Shown here one piece after another: positions 1 through 9,731 of a stretch of 57,888 nucleotides of DNA. Both the position numbers and the translations under genes were made by a program. The notes under the pieces were generated by a model, which made no database searches, had not been told where the DNA came from, and worked only from the letters and a program-made list of their open reading frames with translations. Location of the stretch: assembly GCA_964654465.1 (NCBI GenBank), contig CAZZIO010000015.1, positions 1-57,888 of the forward strand. Reading direction: 5' to 3'. Source of the stretch: an uncultured Dictyoglomota bacterium (GTDB lineage: Bacteria; Dictyoglomota; Dictyoglomia; Dictyoglomales; Dictyoglomaceae). Positions within the stretch are counted from its first letter, which is position 1; every line of letters starts with the position of its first letter.

Positions 1-687
1 ATATTTAATATCAATTTTTACCGGAACTCTTGGTAAGGTTGTTCCTAAAAGATTTTCAAGGGACTTATATGCTAATTCTAAATTACTTTTTGCTGAGTTA
101 TAATTAGTCTCTGCCAATTTTTCCCTTTGTTTATAATCCAATAAATTTATTTCATTTATAACCTTATTCTCAAATTGTTTCTCCGCTACTTCCCTTTGCT
201 TTACTGCTAAACTATAACTTTCTTCATATATCTTCAATTTTTCCTGAGCTAAATAAAGATTATATATGGATTGTAAAAATTGAAGAAATAGATCATTATA
301 ATTAATTTGAAAATTATTTTTTGCCTGCTCTAAACTTAGCTCAGCTAATTTTAGATTTATTCCCGCTTCTCCGAAAGGAAGAATAATCTGAGAATAACTT
401 AAGGATAGAACTGTGTTTTGAGTTGTATTAATAGTAGTAGATGATCCTATTATAGTCTTTGTTTCTCCCAGATTATATGATGCCTGAAATGTAATATTAG
501 GCTTTAAATTTGCTTGAGATAAATAATAATTCTGTAAGGAATTTTCGTATTGAATTTTATATACGCTATAGAGGGGTGACTTTTGTAAAAGAGGTAAAAG
601 AGAGTCTATAGTTATGTAATCTTCGCTATAAGATATATTTAAAAAAACAAAGAAGATGATCATAACCAAAAGAAGTTTCTTATACAT
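1..687 (-). CDS. TolC-family outer membrane efflux protein (partial, runs off the window start)
   Basis: Not in the ORF track; my translation from ATG at 687 gives [21 protein letters not shown] (signal peptide) then [13 protein letters not shown]...[15 protein letters not shown]...[17 protein letters not shown], a TolC-like helical pattern. Open to position 1 and overlaps the ABC ATPase stop. Confidence 0.75.
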   Translation of the reverse strand, partial: MYKKLLLVMIIFFVFLNISYSEDYITIDSLLPLLQKSPLYSVYKIQYENSLQNYYLSQANLKPNITFQASYNLGETKTIIGSSTTINTTQNTVLSLSYSQIILPFGEAGINLKLAELSLEQAKNNFQINYNDLFLQFLQSIYNLYLAQEKLKIYEESYSLAVKQREVAEKQFENKVINEINLLDYKQREKLAETNYNSAKSNLELAYKSLENLLGTTLPRVPVKIDIKY

Positions 688-1399
688 GGCTTATCTCCCT
701 TTTCCTATCCTCTATATCTACGATTTTTCCGTCTTGCATCCTTACAATTTTTTCAGCATAAGAAGCAATATCTTGTTCATGGGTTACTAAAACAATAGTA
801 AGATTTTCTTCTTTATGAAGCCTACTAATTAAATTCATAATCTCATGACTGGATTTAGTATCTAAGTTTCCTGTTGGTTCATCAGCAAGCAAAACTAAAG
901 GATCCACTACAAGTGCTCTTGCAATAGCAACTCTCTGCTGTTGACCACCTGAAAGTTGAGTAGGTCTATGAAATAACCTATCACTAAGACCCATTCTTTC
1001 TAAAATTGCTTTAGCTTTTTCTCTTCTCTCTTTTGGTGAAATTCCTTGGTATATTAAAGGAAGTTCTACATTTTGGAGTGCATTATAACGGGGAAGTAAA
1101 TAAAAACTCTGAAATACAAAACCAATTTTCTTATTTCTTATCTCAGCTAATTCATCATCAGTAAGTTTAGAAACATCCTTTCCTTCAAAATATATTTTAC
1201 CAGATGTTGGTCTATCAAGACATCCTATAAGGTGCATCATAGTAGATTTACCAGATCCGGAAGGGCCCATTATTGCTATAAATTCCCCTCTCTTAACCCT
1301 TAATGAGACTCCATTTAATGCAGTAGTCTCTACTCCATCCATTTTATAAATCTTAATCACATCTTCCAAAACAATAATGTCTTCCATCTTGACTCTCAC
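680..1399 (-). CDS. ABC transporter ATP-binding protein, MacB/LolD family (start GTG 1399 or ATG 1387)
   Basis: Walker [47 protein letters not shown]. Confidence 0.92.
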   Translation of the reverse strand: MRVKMEDIIVLEDVIKIYKMDGVETTALNGVSLRVKRGEFIAIMGPSGSGKSTMMHLIGCLDRPTSGKIYFEGKDVSKLTDDELAEIRNKKIGFVFQSFYLLPRYNALQNVELPLIYQGISPKERREKAKAILERMGLSDRLFHRPTQLSGGQQQRVAIARALVVDPLVLLADEPTGNLDTKSSHEIMNLISRLHKEENLTIVLVTHEQDIASYAEKIVRMQDGKIVDIEDRKREISHV

Positions 1400-1479
1400 A
1401 CCCTTTCTTTAATAGTTTATCCAATTAAATTAGACATTTTAAATGATATCGTTATTCCATGAAATTAAATTAAAACAAT

Positions 1480-1509
1480 TTGACAAAAACCTTTTGTTTT
1501 GATTAAACT
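1480..1509 (+). promoter_or_regulatory. Sigma70-type promoter for tRNA-Ala
   Basis: TTGACA (1480-1485), 18 nt spacer, TAAACT (1504-1509), ~20 nt upstream of the tRNA. Confidence 0.65.
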
Positions 1510-1529
1510 TAAAAAGGTTTAAATAAGGT

Positions 1530-1604
1530 GGGGGCGTAGCTCAGCGGGAGAGCGCTTGCTTCGCATGCAAGAGGCCGTGGGTTCAAATCCCATCGCCTCC
1601 ACCA
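1530..1604 (+). tRNA. tRNA-Ala(CGC)
   Basis: Acceptor stem GGGGGCG/CGCCTCC with the G3:U70 alanine determinant; anticodon arm CTTGC-TT CGC AT-GCAAG; GGTTCAAATCC T-arm; encoded CCA. Confidence 0.97.
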
Positions 1605-1714
1605 AAACAGGAGAAATAGTTTATATCAATATCTTCGCCATTTTAGTTATTTTATTAAACAACCTTTATTGTCTTAATTTTTAAAGAAAGCAAACATATT
1701 ATGAAAAACCAGTT

Positions 1715-1754
1715 AAAAAGCTGAGGTTTGCCTATCTTTATCTTTTAGCTTTTT
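1715..1754. terminator. Possible bidirectional terminator between convergent tRNA-Ala and proB
   Basis: Inverted repeat AAAAAGCT...AGCTTTTT with a long loop; weak stem. Confidence 0.3.
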
Positions 1755-1770
1755 GGATCTATATTAATTT

Positions 1771-2880
1771 TTAATCAAGATGTATAAGAGCCATATTGTT
1801 CCTATGAATTACCTCTTCGTAAGAGTTATCCCCTAAAATAGCTTTTATTTCTTCAGAGTTTTTTCCAATTATGTTTTGAATTTCATTGCTGTCATAATTA
1901 ACAATTCCTTTACCTATTTCATTTCCTTCTTCATCCAATATAGATACTGTATCCCCCCTTACAAAATCACCTTCAATCTTTTTTATCCCAACTGGAAGTA
2001 AACTCTTACCTTTTTTAAGAATAGCTTCTTTAGCACCATTATCTACATAAATCTTCCCTTCACTTTTCGCCACAAATAACATCCAGTGCTTTTTTCTACT
2101 TAGATGTTTCTCAGGAGGATAGAAAAAAGTTCCAATTTTTTCATTTTTTAAGATAAGTCTTTCCAAAATATTTTCAATATCTGTTTTTGTTAGAATCATA
2201 GGTATCCCAGCCTCTGTAACTATCTTGGCTGCCATTAACTTTGTATACATACCCCCAGTTCCCTTACCAGGGCCTGCATATTTTTCAATATTTTCATTTA
2301 TCTCATAAACTTCCTTTATCAATTTAGCATCATTAGATTTATTGGGATCTTCTGTATATAGACCATATACATCAGACAATATAACTAAAACGTCAGCATC
2401 TACAGCACATGCTACTTTTGCTGATAATGTATCATTATCCCCAATCTTTATTTCTTCAACTGCTACTGTATCATTTTCATTTACAATAGGAATAATCTTC
2501 TCTTCTAAAAGAGTCTCAAAGGTCTGAGATATATTTAAATACCTCTTTCTATCATAAATATCTTCTGCCGTAATAAGTATTTGGGCTATAGGTTGTTTAA
2601 AAATAGAGAAAATTTGTGCATAGTATTGCATTAACCTTACTTGTCCCACAGCAGATAATGCCTGCTTGGCAGGAAGATCCTTTCTCTTAGAGAGACGAGT
2701 TATAATTTCTCTTCCTGAAGCAATAGCTCCGGAGGATACCAATATAACTTCTTTACCAGATCTTATAAGTTTTACGCATTCTCTTGCTAAGGAAAGGATC
2801 TTCTCTGCCGATGGATTTCCCTTCTCATCAGTAATACTTGAAGTACCAACCTTTACAACAATTCTTTTCCAGTTATTCAT
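1771..2880 (-). CDS. proB: Glutamate 5-kinase with PUA domain
   Basis: RIVVKVGTSS, VSSGAI, PIVNENDTV, GDNDTLSA, GTGGMYTK, C-terminal PUA (KSLLPVGI...EVIHRNNM). Confidence 0.96.
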   Translation of the reverse strand: MNNWKRIVVKVGTSSITDEKGNPSAEKILSLARECVKLIRSGKEVILVSSGAIASGREIITRLSKRKDLPAKQALSAVGQVRLMQYYAQIFSIFKQPIAQILITAEDIYDRKRYLNISQTFETLLEEKIIPIVNENDTVAVEEIKIGDNDTLSAKVACAVDADVLVILSDVYGLYTEDPNKSNDAKLIKEVYEINENIEKYAGPGKGTGGMYTKLMAAKIVTEAGIPMILTKTDIENILERLILKNEKIGTFFYPPEKHLSRKKHWMLFVAKSEGKIYVDNGAKEAILKKGKSLLPVGIKKIEGDFVRGDTVSILDEEGNEIGKGIVNYDSNEIQNIIGKNSEEIKAILGDNSYEEVIHRNNMALIHLD

Positions 2881-3076
2881 CCTCTTTTATTTCTACCTTT
2901 CCCACTTTTTTTGCCTTTCTTTTTATATCGATCCTTGGTAGCATAACTATATGACCACATTTTTCACATTTTAATTTAATATCAACACCAGAATAAAGCA
3001 CAATCCATCTATTTCCACCACAAGGATGTTTCTTAGGTAGTTCTAATATATCACCTACTTCAATTTTCTCTATCAT
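2873..3076 (-). CDS. DUF951 family small Cys-containing protein
   Basis: GDILELPKKHPCGG..W....GVDIKLKCEKCGH pattern. Confidence 0.85.
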   Translation of the reverse strand: MIEKIEVGDILELPKKHPCGGNRWIVLYSGVDIKLKCEKCGHIVMLPRIDIKRKAKKVGKVEIKEDE

Positions 3077-5160
3077 TCCTCTTCTTCTTCTGCTCTTGGT
3101 TTTGCCTTAGCTATAATCTCCTCTTGTATCTTTGCTGGTACCTCTTCATAATGTGAAAATTTCATAGAATAAGATCCTCTACCTTGAGTAATAGATTTAA
3201 GAACAGATGAGTATCTAAGCATTTCAGCCAAAGGTACAAGAGCCTTTACCACTTGTAGTTTACCCAAGGAATCTATCTGGGTTACTCTCCCTCTTCTACT
3301 ATTAAGGTCACTTATAATATCACCTGTATACTCACTTGGTGCTGTAACTTCTACACTCATTATTGGTTCAAGAAGTACAGGTTTTGCCTCCATAAAACCT
3401 TTTTTGAATGCTTTAGCAGCTGCTATCTTAAAGGCCATATCTGAAGAGTCTACTTCATGATAAGATCCATCGAATAAAGTAACTCTAACATCTACTACGG
3501 GGAATCCAGCTAATACTCCTTTTTCCATTGTTTCTCTAACACCTTTCTCAACTGCAGGTATATAGTTCTTAGGAACAACTCCACCAACAATCTTGTCTAC
3601 AAATTCGTATCCAGCACCTCGAGGTAGAGGCTCTAACTCAAGCCATACATGACCATATTGCCCTCTACCACCTGTCTGCTTTTTAACTTTACCTTCAGCT
3701 TTGACAGTAGCTCTAATAGTTTCTCTATAAGCTACTTGTGGTGTACCTAAGGTCACATTTACCCCAAATTTTCTTTGCATTCTCTCTACTACTACTTCTA
3801 AATGAGAATCTCCTAACCCATAAATTAATGTTTCATTGGTTTCCAGATTTCTTTGCACCCTTAAAGTTGGATCCTCCTCTAAAATTCTTGCAATTGCAGA
3901 ACTCATCCTATCTTCATCAGCTCTGGTCTTTGGAACTACTGCAACTGCAAAAACAGGTTCGGGAAATTCCACTGGAACTACCTTTATTGAATTATCTTTA
4001 TCACTCAAAGTCTCATTTGTGCTTGTTTCTTTCAATTTTGTTATGACACCTATATCTCCAGTATTGATCTCTGTTGCAACTTCCTGATTCTTACCTCTTT
4101 GATAGAAAAGTCCACCTATCTTTTCCTGTACTCCTTTATTTACATTGAATAATGGAGAATCTGGCTTTAACACTCCTGATAAAACCCTAATGTAACTTAT
4201 CTTACCAACAAAAGGATCTGCAGAGGTTTTAAAAACAAAAGCCAAAAGGCCATTCTTTTCTCCTATTCGTACAGCTTTTGTTTCCCCCTTTTTAAGATCT
4301 TCAACAGGTATAGCTGGTCTTTCTAAAGGATTTGGGAAGAAAGCAACTATTGCATCAAGTAACTTTGATACTCCTACATTTTTAAAAGAGGATACAGGAA
4401 AGATTGGGAATAATTCTCTTCCTATAAAAGCCTCCTTTAAAGTTTTAGCTATTAATGCACTTTCTATCTCTTCTCCTTCTAAATATTTTTGAAGCAACTC
4501 CTCATCAAACTCAATAATAGTTTCAATTAACTGTTGTCTATATTTTTCATAATCCGACTTAAGCTCTACTGGAATATCAGACTCTACTGGTTCACCCTTC
4601 TCATCTTTATAAATATATGCTTTACCCTCTAAAAGATCTATAATACCATTAAAATTACCTTCTTTACCAATGGGTAAATATATAGGAATTGCTTTGCCTC
4701 CAAATCTTTCTTGAATAGCTTTTACATTTTCATAGAAATCAGCACTCTCTCTATCAAGTTTATTCACTACAAAAGCTACTGGTAACTTCTCTTCCTCACC
4801 TATCCCCCACACCTTTTCAGTCTGAACCTGAATTCCAGAAATAGCATCAATTACAATAAGCATACTATCTACTGCTCTTAAAGCACTCTTGATTTCTCCT
4901 ATAAAGTCTGCATATCCTGGTGTATCAATTACATTAATTTTCTTTACCTTCCATTCCAAGGGTAGAACTGAAAGACTTAAAGATATTCCTCTTTTTATTT
5001 CTTCAGGTTCAAAATCAGAAACCGTATTACCATTTTCAACTTTACCTATTCTATCTATTACTTTTGCAGTATATAAAATTGCCTCAGCTAAACTTGTTTT
5101 TCCTGCACCTCCATGCCCAAAGAGTCCTACATTCCTTAAGTTTTCAGTTTCATATTTCAT
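3073..5160 (-). CDS. fusA: Elongation factor G paralogue (EF-G2 type)
   Basis: Full five-domain EF-G; G1 GHGGAGKT, RGIS, DTPGYADF, NKLD, KKQTGGRGQYG; located outside the str operon. Confidence 0.92.
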   Translation of the reverse strand: MKYETENLRNVGLFGHGGAGKTSLAEAILYTAKVIDRIGKVENGNTVSDFEPEEIKRGISLSLSVLPLEWKVKKINVIDTPGYADFIGEIKSALRAVDSMLIVIDAISGIQVQTEKVWGIGEEEKLPVAFVVNKLDRESADFYENVKAIQERFGGKAIPIYLPIGKEGNFNGIIDLLEGKAYIYKDEKGEPVESDIPVELKSDYEKYRQQLIETIIEFDEELLQKYLEGEEIESALIAKTLKEAFIGRELFPIFPVSSFKNVGVSKLLDAIVAFFPNPLERPAIPVEDLKKGETKAVRIGEKNGLLAFVFKTSADPFVGKISYIRVLSGVLKPDSPLFNVNKGVQEKIGGLFYQRGKNQEVATEINTGDIGVITKLKETSTNETLSDKDNSIKVVPVEFPEPVFAVAVVPKTRADEDRMSSAIARILEEDPTLRVQRNLETNETLIYGLGDSHLEVVVERMQRKFGVNVTLGTPQVAYRETIRATVKAEGKVKKQTGGRGQYGHVWLELEPLPRGAGYEFVDKIVGGVVPKNYIPAVEKGVRETMEKGVLAGFPVVDVRVTLFDGSYHEVDSSDMAFKIAAAKAFKKGFMEAKPVLLEPIMSVEVTAPSEYTGDIISDLNSRRGRVTQIDSLGKLQVVKALVPLAEMLRYSSVLKSITQGRGSYSMKFSHYEEVPAKIQEEIIAKAKPRAEEEEE

Positions 5161-5243
5161 TTTTCTTTCATAACCCCCTTACTTCTTTTTGTTTTAAAAA
5201 CTTCCAATTTTAAATTATATATCACATAAAAGAAAATTACATT

Positions 5244-5693
5244 TTATAAAATCCCAGTACTTCCCAGCCCCCCTTCTCCTCTTTCCGTTAAAGGAAGGCT
5301 TTCCACTTCTTCCCATTCTACCCTCGGATAATGAAGAACAAGAAGTTGGGCTATTCTCATACCTTTTTTACCGTAAAATGGCCTTTGTGAAAAATTGATA
5401 AGATTAACTAAAATTTCTCCTCTATAGTCACTATCAATAAGTCCTGGAGTGTTTAAAACTGTTATACTTTCCTTTGCCGAAAGTCCACTTCTAGGTAAGA
5501 CCAATGCCAAATATCCTTCAGGAAGGGCAATTTTTATTCCTGTAGGAATTATAATTCCTCCACCTATCTCATTAAAGGGGGGAAGTACAAAATCAACGCG
5601 AGAATACAGATCTAAAGCAGCAGATCCAGATGTAGCATAAAAAGGAAGTGATAGTTCTTTATCTATTCTTTCTATAAGTACTTTAACCTTCAT
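5244..5693 (-). CDS. dut: Trimeric dUTP diphosphatase (start reassigned to ATG 5693)
   Basis: [41 protein letters not shown]. Confidence 0.95.
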   Translation of the reverse strand: MKVKVLIERIDKELSLPFYATSGSAALDLYSRVDFVLPPFNEIGGGIIIPTGIKIALPEGYLALVLPRSGLSAKESITVLNTPGLIDSDYRGEILVNLINFSQRPFYGKKGMRIAQLLVLHYPRVEWEEVESLPLTERGEGGLGSTGIL

Positions 5694-5697
5694 ATCT

Positions 5698-7140
5698 CTA
5701 ATATGCCTTTGCAAATAAGGCTTTAATTTTTGTTTCCTTTCCACAAAGAATACATTTTCCTTCTTCCTCTTTCCAATCAAGGGGTAAATTTCTTATTGTT
5801 GCTCCAGTTAATTCTTTTATCTTTAACTCACATTCTCCGTCTCCACACCAACTTGCTTTAACAAACCCCCTTTTTGTATCCATAATTTCTTTAAATGTAT
5901 TAAAGTCTCTTACATTATGGAAATTTTCTTCTCTAAATTTTAAAGCCTTTTGGAAAAGAGTTTTTTGAATATCATCTAAAAGATTACTTAGCTCTTCCAC
6001 CATATTTTCTTTTTTATACGACATTTTCAATCTTAAATCTCTTCTTGCCACAAATATTTCTTGCTTATCTACTTCCTTTGGACCTATTTCTAATCTTACT
6101 GGAACACCTTTAAGTTCATACTCATTAAACTTCCAACCAGGAGTATGTTCCTCATCCTTATCTACCTTTACTCTAAAGTATCTCTTCAAGATATTATATA
6201 TTTCATCTACATAATTGTAGACTTTTTCCCTTTCAGCATCATTTTTCCATATCGGTATAATCACTATTTGATAAGGAGCAACCCTAGGAGGTAATACAAG
6301 GCCATAATCATCACCATGAGTCATTATCAAAGCTCCAATAAGCCTTGTAGACACTCCCCAGCTGGTTTGCCAAACATATTTTCTCTCTCCATCCAAATCT
6401 TGGAACATAATATCAAATGCCTTAGCAAAATGCTGACCTAAATTATGAGATGTACCAGCTTGAAGGGCCCTTCCATCTGCTAAAAGAACCTCTATAGAAT
6501 ATGTGTGTAAAGCACCAGCAAATTTTTCATTCTCCGTTTTTTTACCAGCAATTACTGGAATAGCTAAATCATTCTCAACAAAATCTTTATACACAAAAAG
6601 CATTTTTAATGCTTCTTCTTCTGCTTCTTCAAGGGTTCTATGAGCGGTATGACCTTCCTGCCATAAAAATTCAGTGGTTCTTAAAAAGGGTCTTGTTTCT
6701 TTTTCCCATCTAACAACATTAGCCCATTGATTTATTAGTACTGGTAAATCTCTCCATGATTGAATCCATTTAGCATACATGCTGCAGATTATTGATTCTG
6801 AGGTAGGTCTCACAGCAAGAGGTTCAAAAAGATCCTCATCTCCCCCCTTTGTAACCCAAGCAACTTGAGGTGAAAAACCCTCCACATGTTCTGCCTCTTT
6901 TTCCAAGAAGCTCTTTGGTATAAAAAGAGGGAAATATGCATTTTCATGACCTGTTGCTTTAATCTTTTCATCTAAAATCTTCTGTATATTTTCCCATATA
7001 GCATATCCATAAGGTTTTATTACCATACAACCTTTAACAGGAGAGTAATCCACAAGTCCTGCCTTTAATACCACTTCGGTATACCATTTTGAAAAATCAT
7101 CTTTTTGAGATGTTAATGCTTCTACAAATTTTTTTTCCAT
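5698..7140 (-). CDS. proS: Proline--tRNA ligase, archaeal/eukaryote-like type
   Basis: [49 protein letters not shown]; no INS editing domain; C-terminal Cys cluster and AKAY end; SD AGGAGG. Confidence 0.96.
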   Translation of the reverse strand: MEKKFVEALTSQKDDFSKWYTEVVLKAGLVDYSPVKGCMVIKPYGYAIWENIQKILDEKIKATGHENAYFPLFIPKSFLEKEAEHVEGFSPQVAWVTKGGDEDLFEPLAVRPTSESIICSMYAKWIQSWRDLPVLINQWANVVRWEKETRPFLRTTEFLWQEGHTAHRTLEEAEEEALKMLFVYKDFVENDLAIPVIAGKKTENEKFAGALHTYSIEVLLADGRALQAGTSHNLGQHFAKAFDIMFQDLDGERKYVWQTSWGVSTRLIGALIMTHGDDYGLVLPPRVAPYQIVIIPIWKNDAEREKVYNYVDEIYNILKRYFRVKVDKDEEHTPGWKFNEYELKGVPVRLEIGPKEVDKQEIFVARRDLRLKMSYKKENMVEELSNLLDDIQKTLFQKALKFREENFHNVRDFNTFKEIMDTKRGFVKASWCGDGECELKIKELTGATIRNLPLDWKEEEGKCILCGKETKIKALFAKAY

Positions 7141-7155
7141 AAAAATCACTACCTC

Positions 7156-8343
7156 CTATATCTCAAATCTTATTTTTAAAGGACCACTGTTATAAGTATC
7201 CTCTTCAACTATCACTTTTAGGATAACCTTTTTACCCCTCTCTTTAATTTTATAAGCAGTATCATAAAATTCATCAAAAGATATTTCACCAACAGTATTT
7301 GATAATGGATCAGGAAGTATTCCTTTTTGTTGAGCTATTTTATTAACCTCTGATAGAACCTCTAATAGTCTTGATTCAATCTTATCTAAACTTTCACTAC
7401 CATCAATAACTTTTAGTAATATTACCTCTCCTGTCTTATATACTAATTTATAAGGAAAAATTTGGAAATATACAATAACTGGTTCACCCTCAAATATGTT
7501 TGCTAGAGAATGTACCCTTACCAATTTTTCCTCTGTAGTTTTCATTTCCTCTAAAAGTTTTTTCCATTCCGCTTCTGGCACCCATACGTATCCTTTTTCT
7601 TCATTTCCTGCTCCTCTTTCTCTTGCTATACTTTCAATTAAAGAAAGAAGTGCTTTTGCCTCTTTTTGTATATCATCACCTGTTTTACCTCTAATAATAT
7701 AATTAAGTATCAATTCTCCTCTTTTAAATATAATTCCTTCTGTACGTAGACTGGCTATAGTAGAATTCAAAAACTGTAATTCATCAAGTAAATATTTTTT
7801 ATCTTTCTCCAAAGATTCTTTTTCCTTAGATAATGTGGCTATTTTTTTAGAGACTTCGTATATAGACCTTTGAAGCTTCTCATTTTCTTTCTTTAATCTC
7901 TCTTTTTCCATAGATAATTTATTAAGTTCTTTAAGTAATTTTTCTCTTTCCATTTCCAAAATATGAATTTTATTTTTATATTCCTCTAAATCTTTTAGAG
8001 CCTTATCTCTACCTTTCTTAACTTCTTCATACCTCTTTAAAATCTCTGTATATTCTTTTTCCTTTGACTTAATCGAATTTTCTAAAGAATATATTTGTTT
8101 CTTTAATTTTTCCATTCCAAATAAAGCTACTCGAACATTTTCCGAAATAACAGAAAGCACAACAAGAGAGAAAATCATAATTAAAATGCCAGTCAAAATA
8201 CTGATTATACGAGAAGTATATTTAGGCCTAAGGCCAAAGAGAGAAAGTTTCTTTTTCCCTGCTTTTCTACCTACATAATCTCCTGCATATGCAATCAAAC
8301 CACTTGCAAGAATCAATATAATTATTAAAAAAAATCCAGACAT
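7156..8343 (-). CDS. DUF3084 domain protein (two N-terminal TM helices plus long coiled coil)
   Basis: GLIAYAGDYVGRKAGKKKLSLFGLRPKYTS motif and heptad-rich central region. Confidence 0.82.
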   Translation of the reverse strand: MSGFFLIIILILASGLIAYAGDYVGRKAGKKKLSLFGLRPKYTSRIISILTGILIMIFSLVVLSVISENVRVALFGMEKLKKQIYSLENSIKSKEKEYTEILKRYEEVKKGRDKALKDLEEYKNKIHILEMEREKLLKELNKLSMEKERLKKENEKLQRSIYEVSKKIATLSKEKESLEKDKKYLLDELQFLNSTIASLRTEGIIFKRGELILNYIIRGKTGDDIQKEAKALLSLIESIARERGAGNEEKGYVWVPEAEWKKLLEEMKTTEEKLVRVHSLANIFEGEPVIVYFQIFPYKLVYKTGEVILLKVIDGSESLDKIESRLLEVLSEVNKIAQQKGILPDPLSNTVGEISFDEFYDTAYKIKERGKKVILKVIVEEDTYNSGPLKIRFEI

Positions 8344-9062
8344 TAAAGATTAAACCTCTCTCCTAAGAAAAATCTTTTTGCCATATCACTATTAACTATT
8401 TCTTCTGGAGTACCGGAGATAAGAACCTCTCCAGAAAATATTATATATGCATAATCTGTTATAGCTAATGTATCTCTAACATTATGATCAGTAATTAATA
8501 TACCCAACCCCTTTTCTCTTAAATAGGAAATAGTTTCTTGTAAATTTTGAACAGTAATAGGATCAACCCCTGCAAAAGGTTCATCTAAAAGTATATACTT
8601 AGGAGAAAGGGCTAAAACCCTAGCTATTTCAACCCTTCTTCTCTCTCCTCCAGAGAGTGTATACCCTAAATTTTTCCTAACTTTCTGTAATCGAAATTCT
8701 TCTATTAATTCTTCTAATCTCTCTTTTTGCTCTTTTGGGGTTAACTTTGTTAATTCTAATACCAATTTTATATTGTCTTCTACTGTAAGCTTTCTAAATA
8801 TTGTAGGATCTTGGGCAAGATAACCAATACCTTTTCTTGCTCTTTGGGGCATAGATAAATGTGTAATATCCTCGCCATCAAGTAAAATCTTACCCTGATT
8901 AGCAGTTACTTCCCCCATAATAGTATAAAATGTAGTAGTTTTTCCTGCCCCATTTGGTCCTAAAAGCCCAACTACATTCCCAGGGGTTACACGTATAGAG
9001 ACATTTTTAACTACACATCTTTTTCCGTAGTATTTATATATACCTATGGTCTCAAGTGCCAT
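8343..9062 (-). CDS. lptB: LPS export ABC transporter ATP-binding protein
   Basis: VGLLGPNGAGKTTTFY, LSGGERRRVEIAR, LLDEPFAGVDP, LITDHNVRDTL. Confidence 0.95.
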   Translation of the reverse strand: MALETIGIYKYYGKRCVVKNVSIRVTPGNVVGLLGPNGAGKTTTFYTIMGEVTANQGKILLDGEDITHLSMPQRARKGIGYLAQDPTIFRKLTVEDNIKLVLELTKLTPKEQKERLEELIEEFRLQKVRKNLGYTLSGGERRRVEIARVLALSPKYILLDEPFAGVDPITVQNLQETISYLREKGLGILITDHNVRDTLAITDYAYIIFSGEVLISGTPEEIVNSDMAKRFFLGERFNL

Positions 9063-9068
9063 AATTTA

Positions 9069-9097
9069 ATGTTAAGAAAATTTTAACAATATGTCAA
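9069..9097 (-). promoter_or_regulatory. Internal sigma70 promoter for lptB, likely leaderless, overlapped by a palindrome
   Basis: Minus strand TTGACA (9097-9092), 17 nt, TAACAT (9074-9069), 6 nt, ATG 9062; no SD; TGTTAA-N7-TTAACA at 9070-9088. Confidence 0.6.
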
Positions 9098-9098
9098 T

Positions 9099-9731
9099 TT
9101 ATCTCAAATTTTTTAAAATTCCAAATATGTTTTTATATCCTTTTCTTTGAACAATACTCAAAGTCATAAAGTATTCCTTAAGGGCAGAGAAATATCTATT
9201 TTCTCTTAAATATAAGGCACATAAAAGAGCGTGAAAAACCTCATTATCTTTATTTAATTTTAATCCTTTATCTATTAATTCTTTTGTCTTATTTAAATTA
9301 TCTTTTAAATAGTACAAATATGCAAGAAAAGCTATTACCCAATCATCGTTAGGTTTTAAATCATATAACCTTTCAAAATAAAAGATAGATTTATCATAAT
9401 CTTCTAAGAAATAATACAAAAATGCTAATTTATATAGATTGAATATACTACTATCTTCTTCCTTTATATCTTTTTTTAGGTTTTTAAGAAAGTTGGGATC
9501 AGTAGCAATAAGCAAATTATATGTATTATAAAGATTCTCTAAATCTCCTAAAGCCCCATATACTACCATAAGATTAAAAAGAACTTTAGAATTTTGAGGC
9601 TCTTTTTTTAATTGCTGTTCAAATTGAGTTTTTAAATATTTTAGATCATCAGAAGATAATGATAGAATAATAAAAAAGATAAGAAAGATTATAGATAAGT
9701 AAAAATTTTTAAGTATCTTTCTTAATATCAA
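9099..9731 (-). CDS. Exported or membrane-anchored tetratricopeptide repeat protein
   Basis: N-terminal hydrophobic stretch; TPR-like repeats (LYKLAFLYYFLEDYDKSIFYFERLYDLKPND). Confidence 0.7.
   Translation of the reverse strand: MILRKILKNFYLSIIFLIFFIILSLSSDDLKYLKTQFEQQLKKEPQNSKVLFNLMVVYGALGDLENLYNTYNLLIATDPNFLKNLKKDIKEEDSSIFNLYKLAFLYYFLEDYDKSIFYFERLYDLKPNDDWVIAFLAYLYYLKDNLNKTKELIDKGLKLNKDNEVFHALLCALYLRENRYFSALKEYFMTLSIVQRKGYKNIFGILKNLR

Noticed and set aside
1605-1770. Possible integration scar or sRNA after tRNA-Ala
   Set aside because: No duplicated tRNA 3' end, integrase or convincing structure
5157-5171. Four-codon mini-ORF (MKEK) overlapping the EF-G2 start
   Set aside because: The SD-like GGGGG is only 2 nt from its ATG; probably chance
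5694-5780. N-terminal extensions of dut (likewise murA, rplY, spoVS) in the ORF track
   Set aside because: They overlap upstream genes or lack homology; downstream ATGs match family starts
7141-7155. T-box upstream of proS
   Set aside because: The intergenic space is only 15 nt
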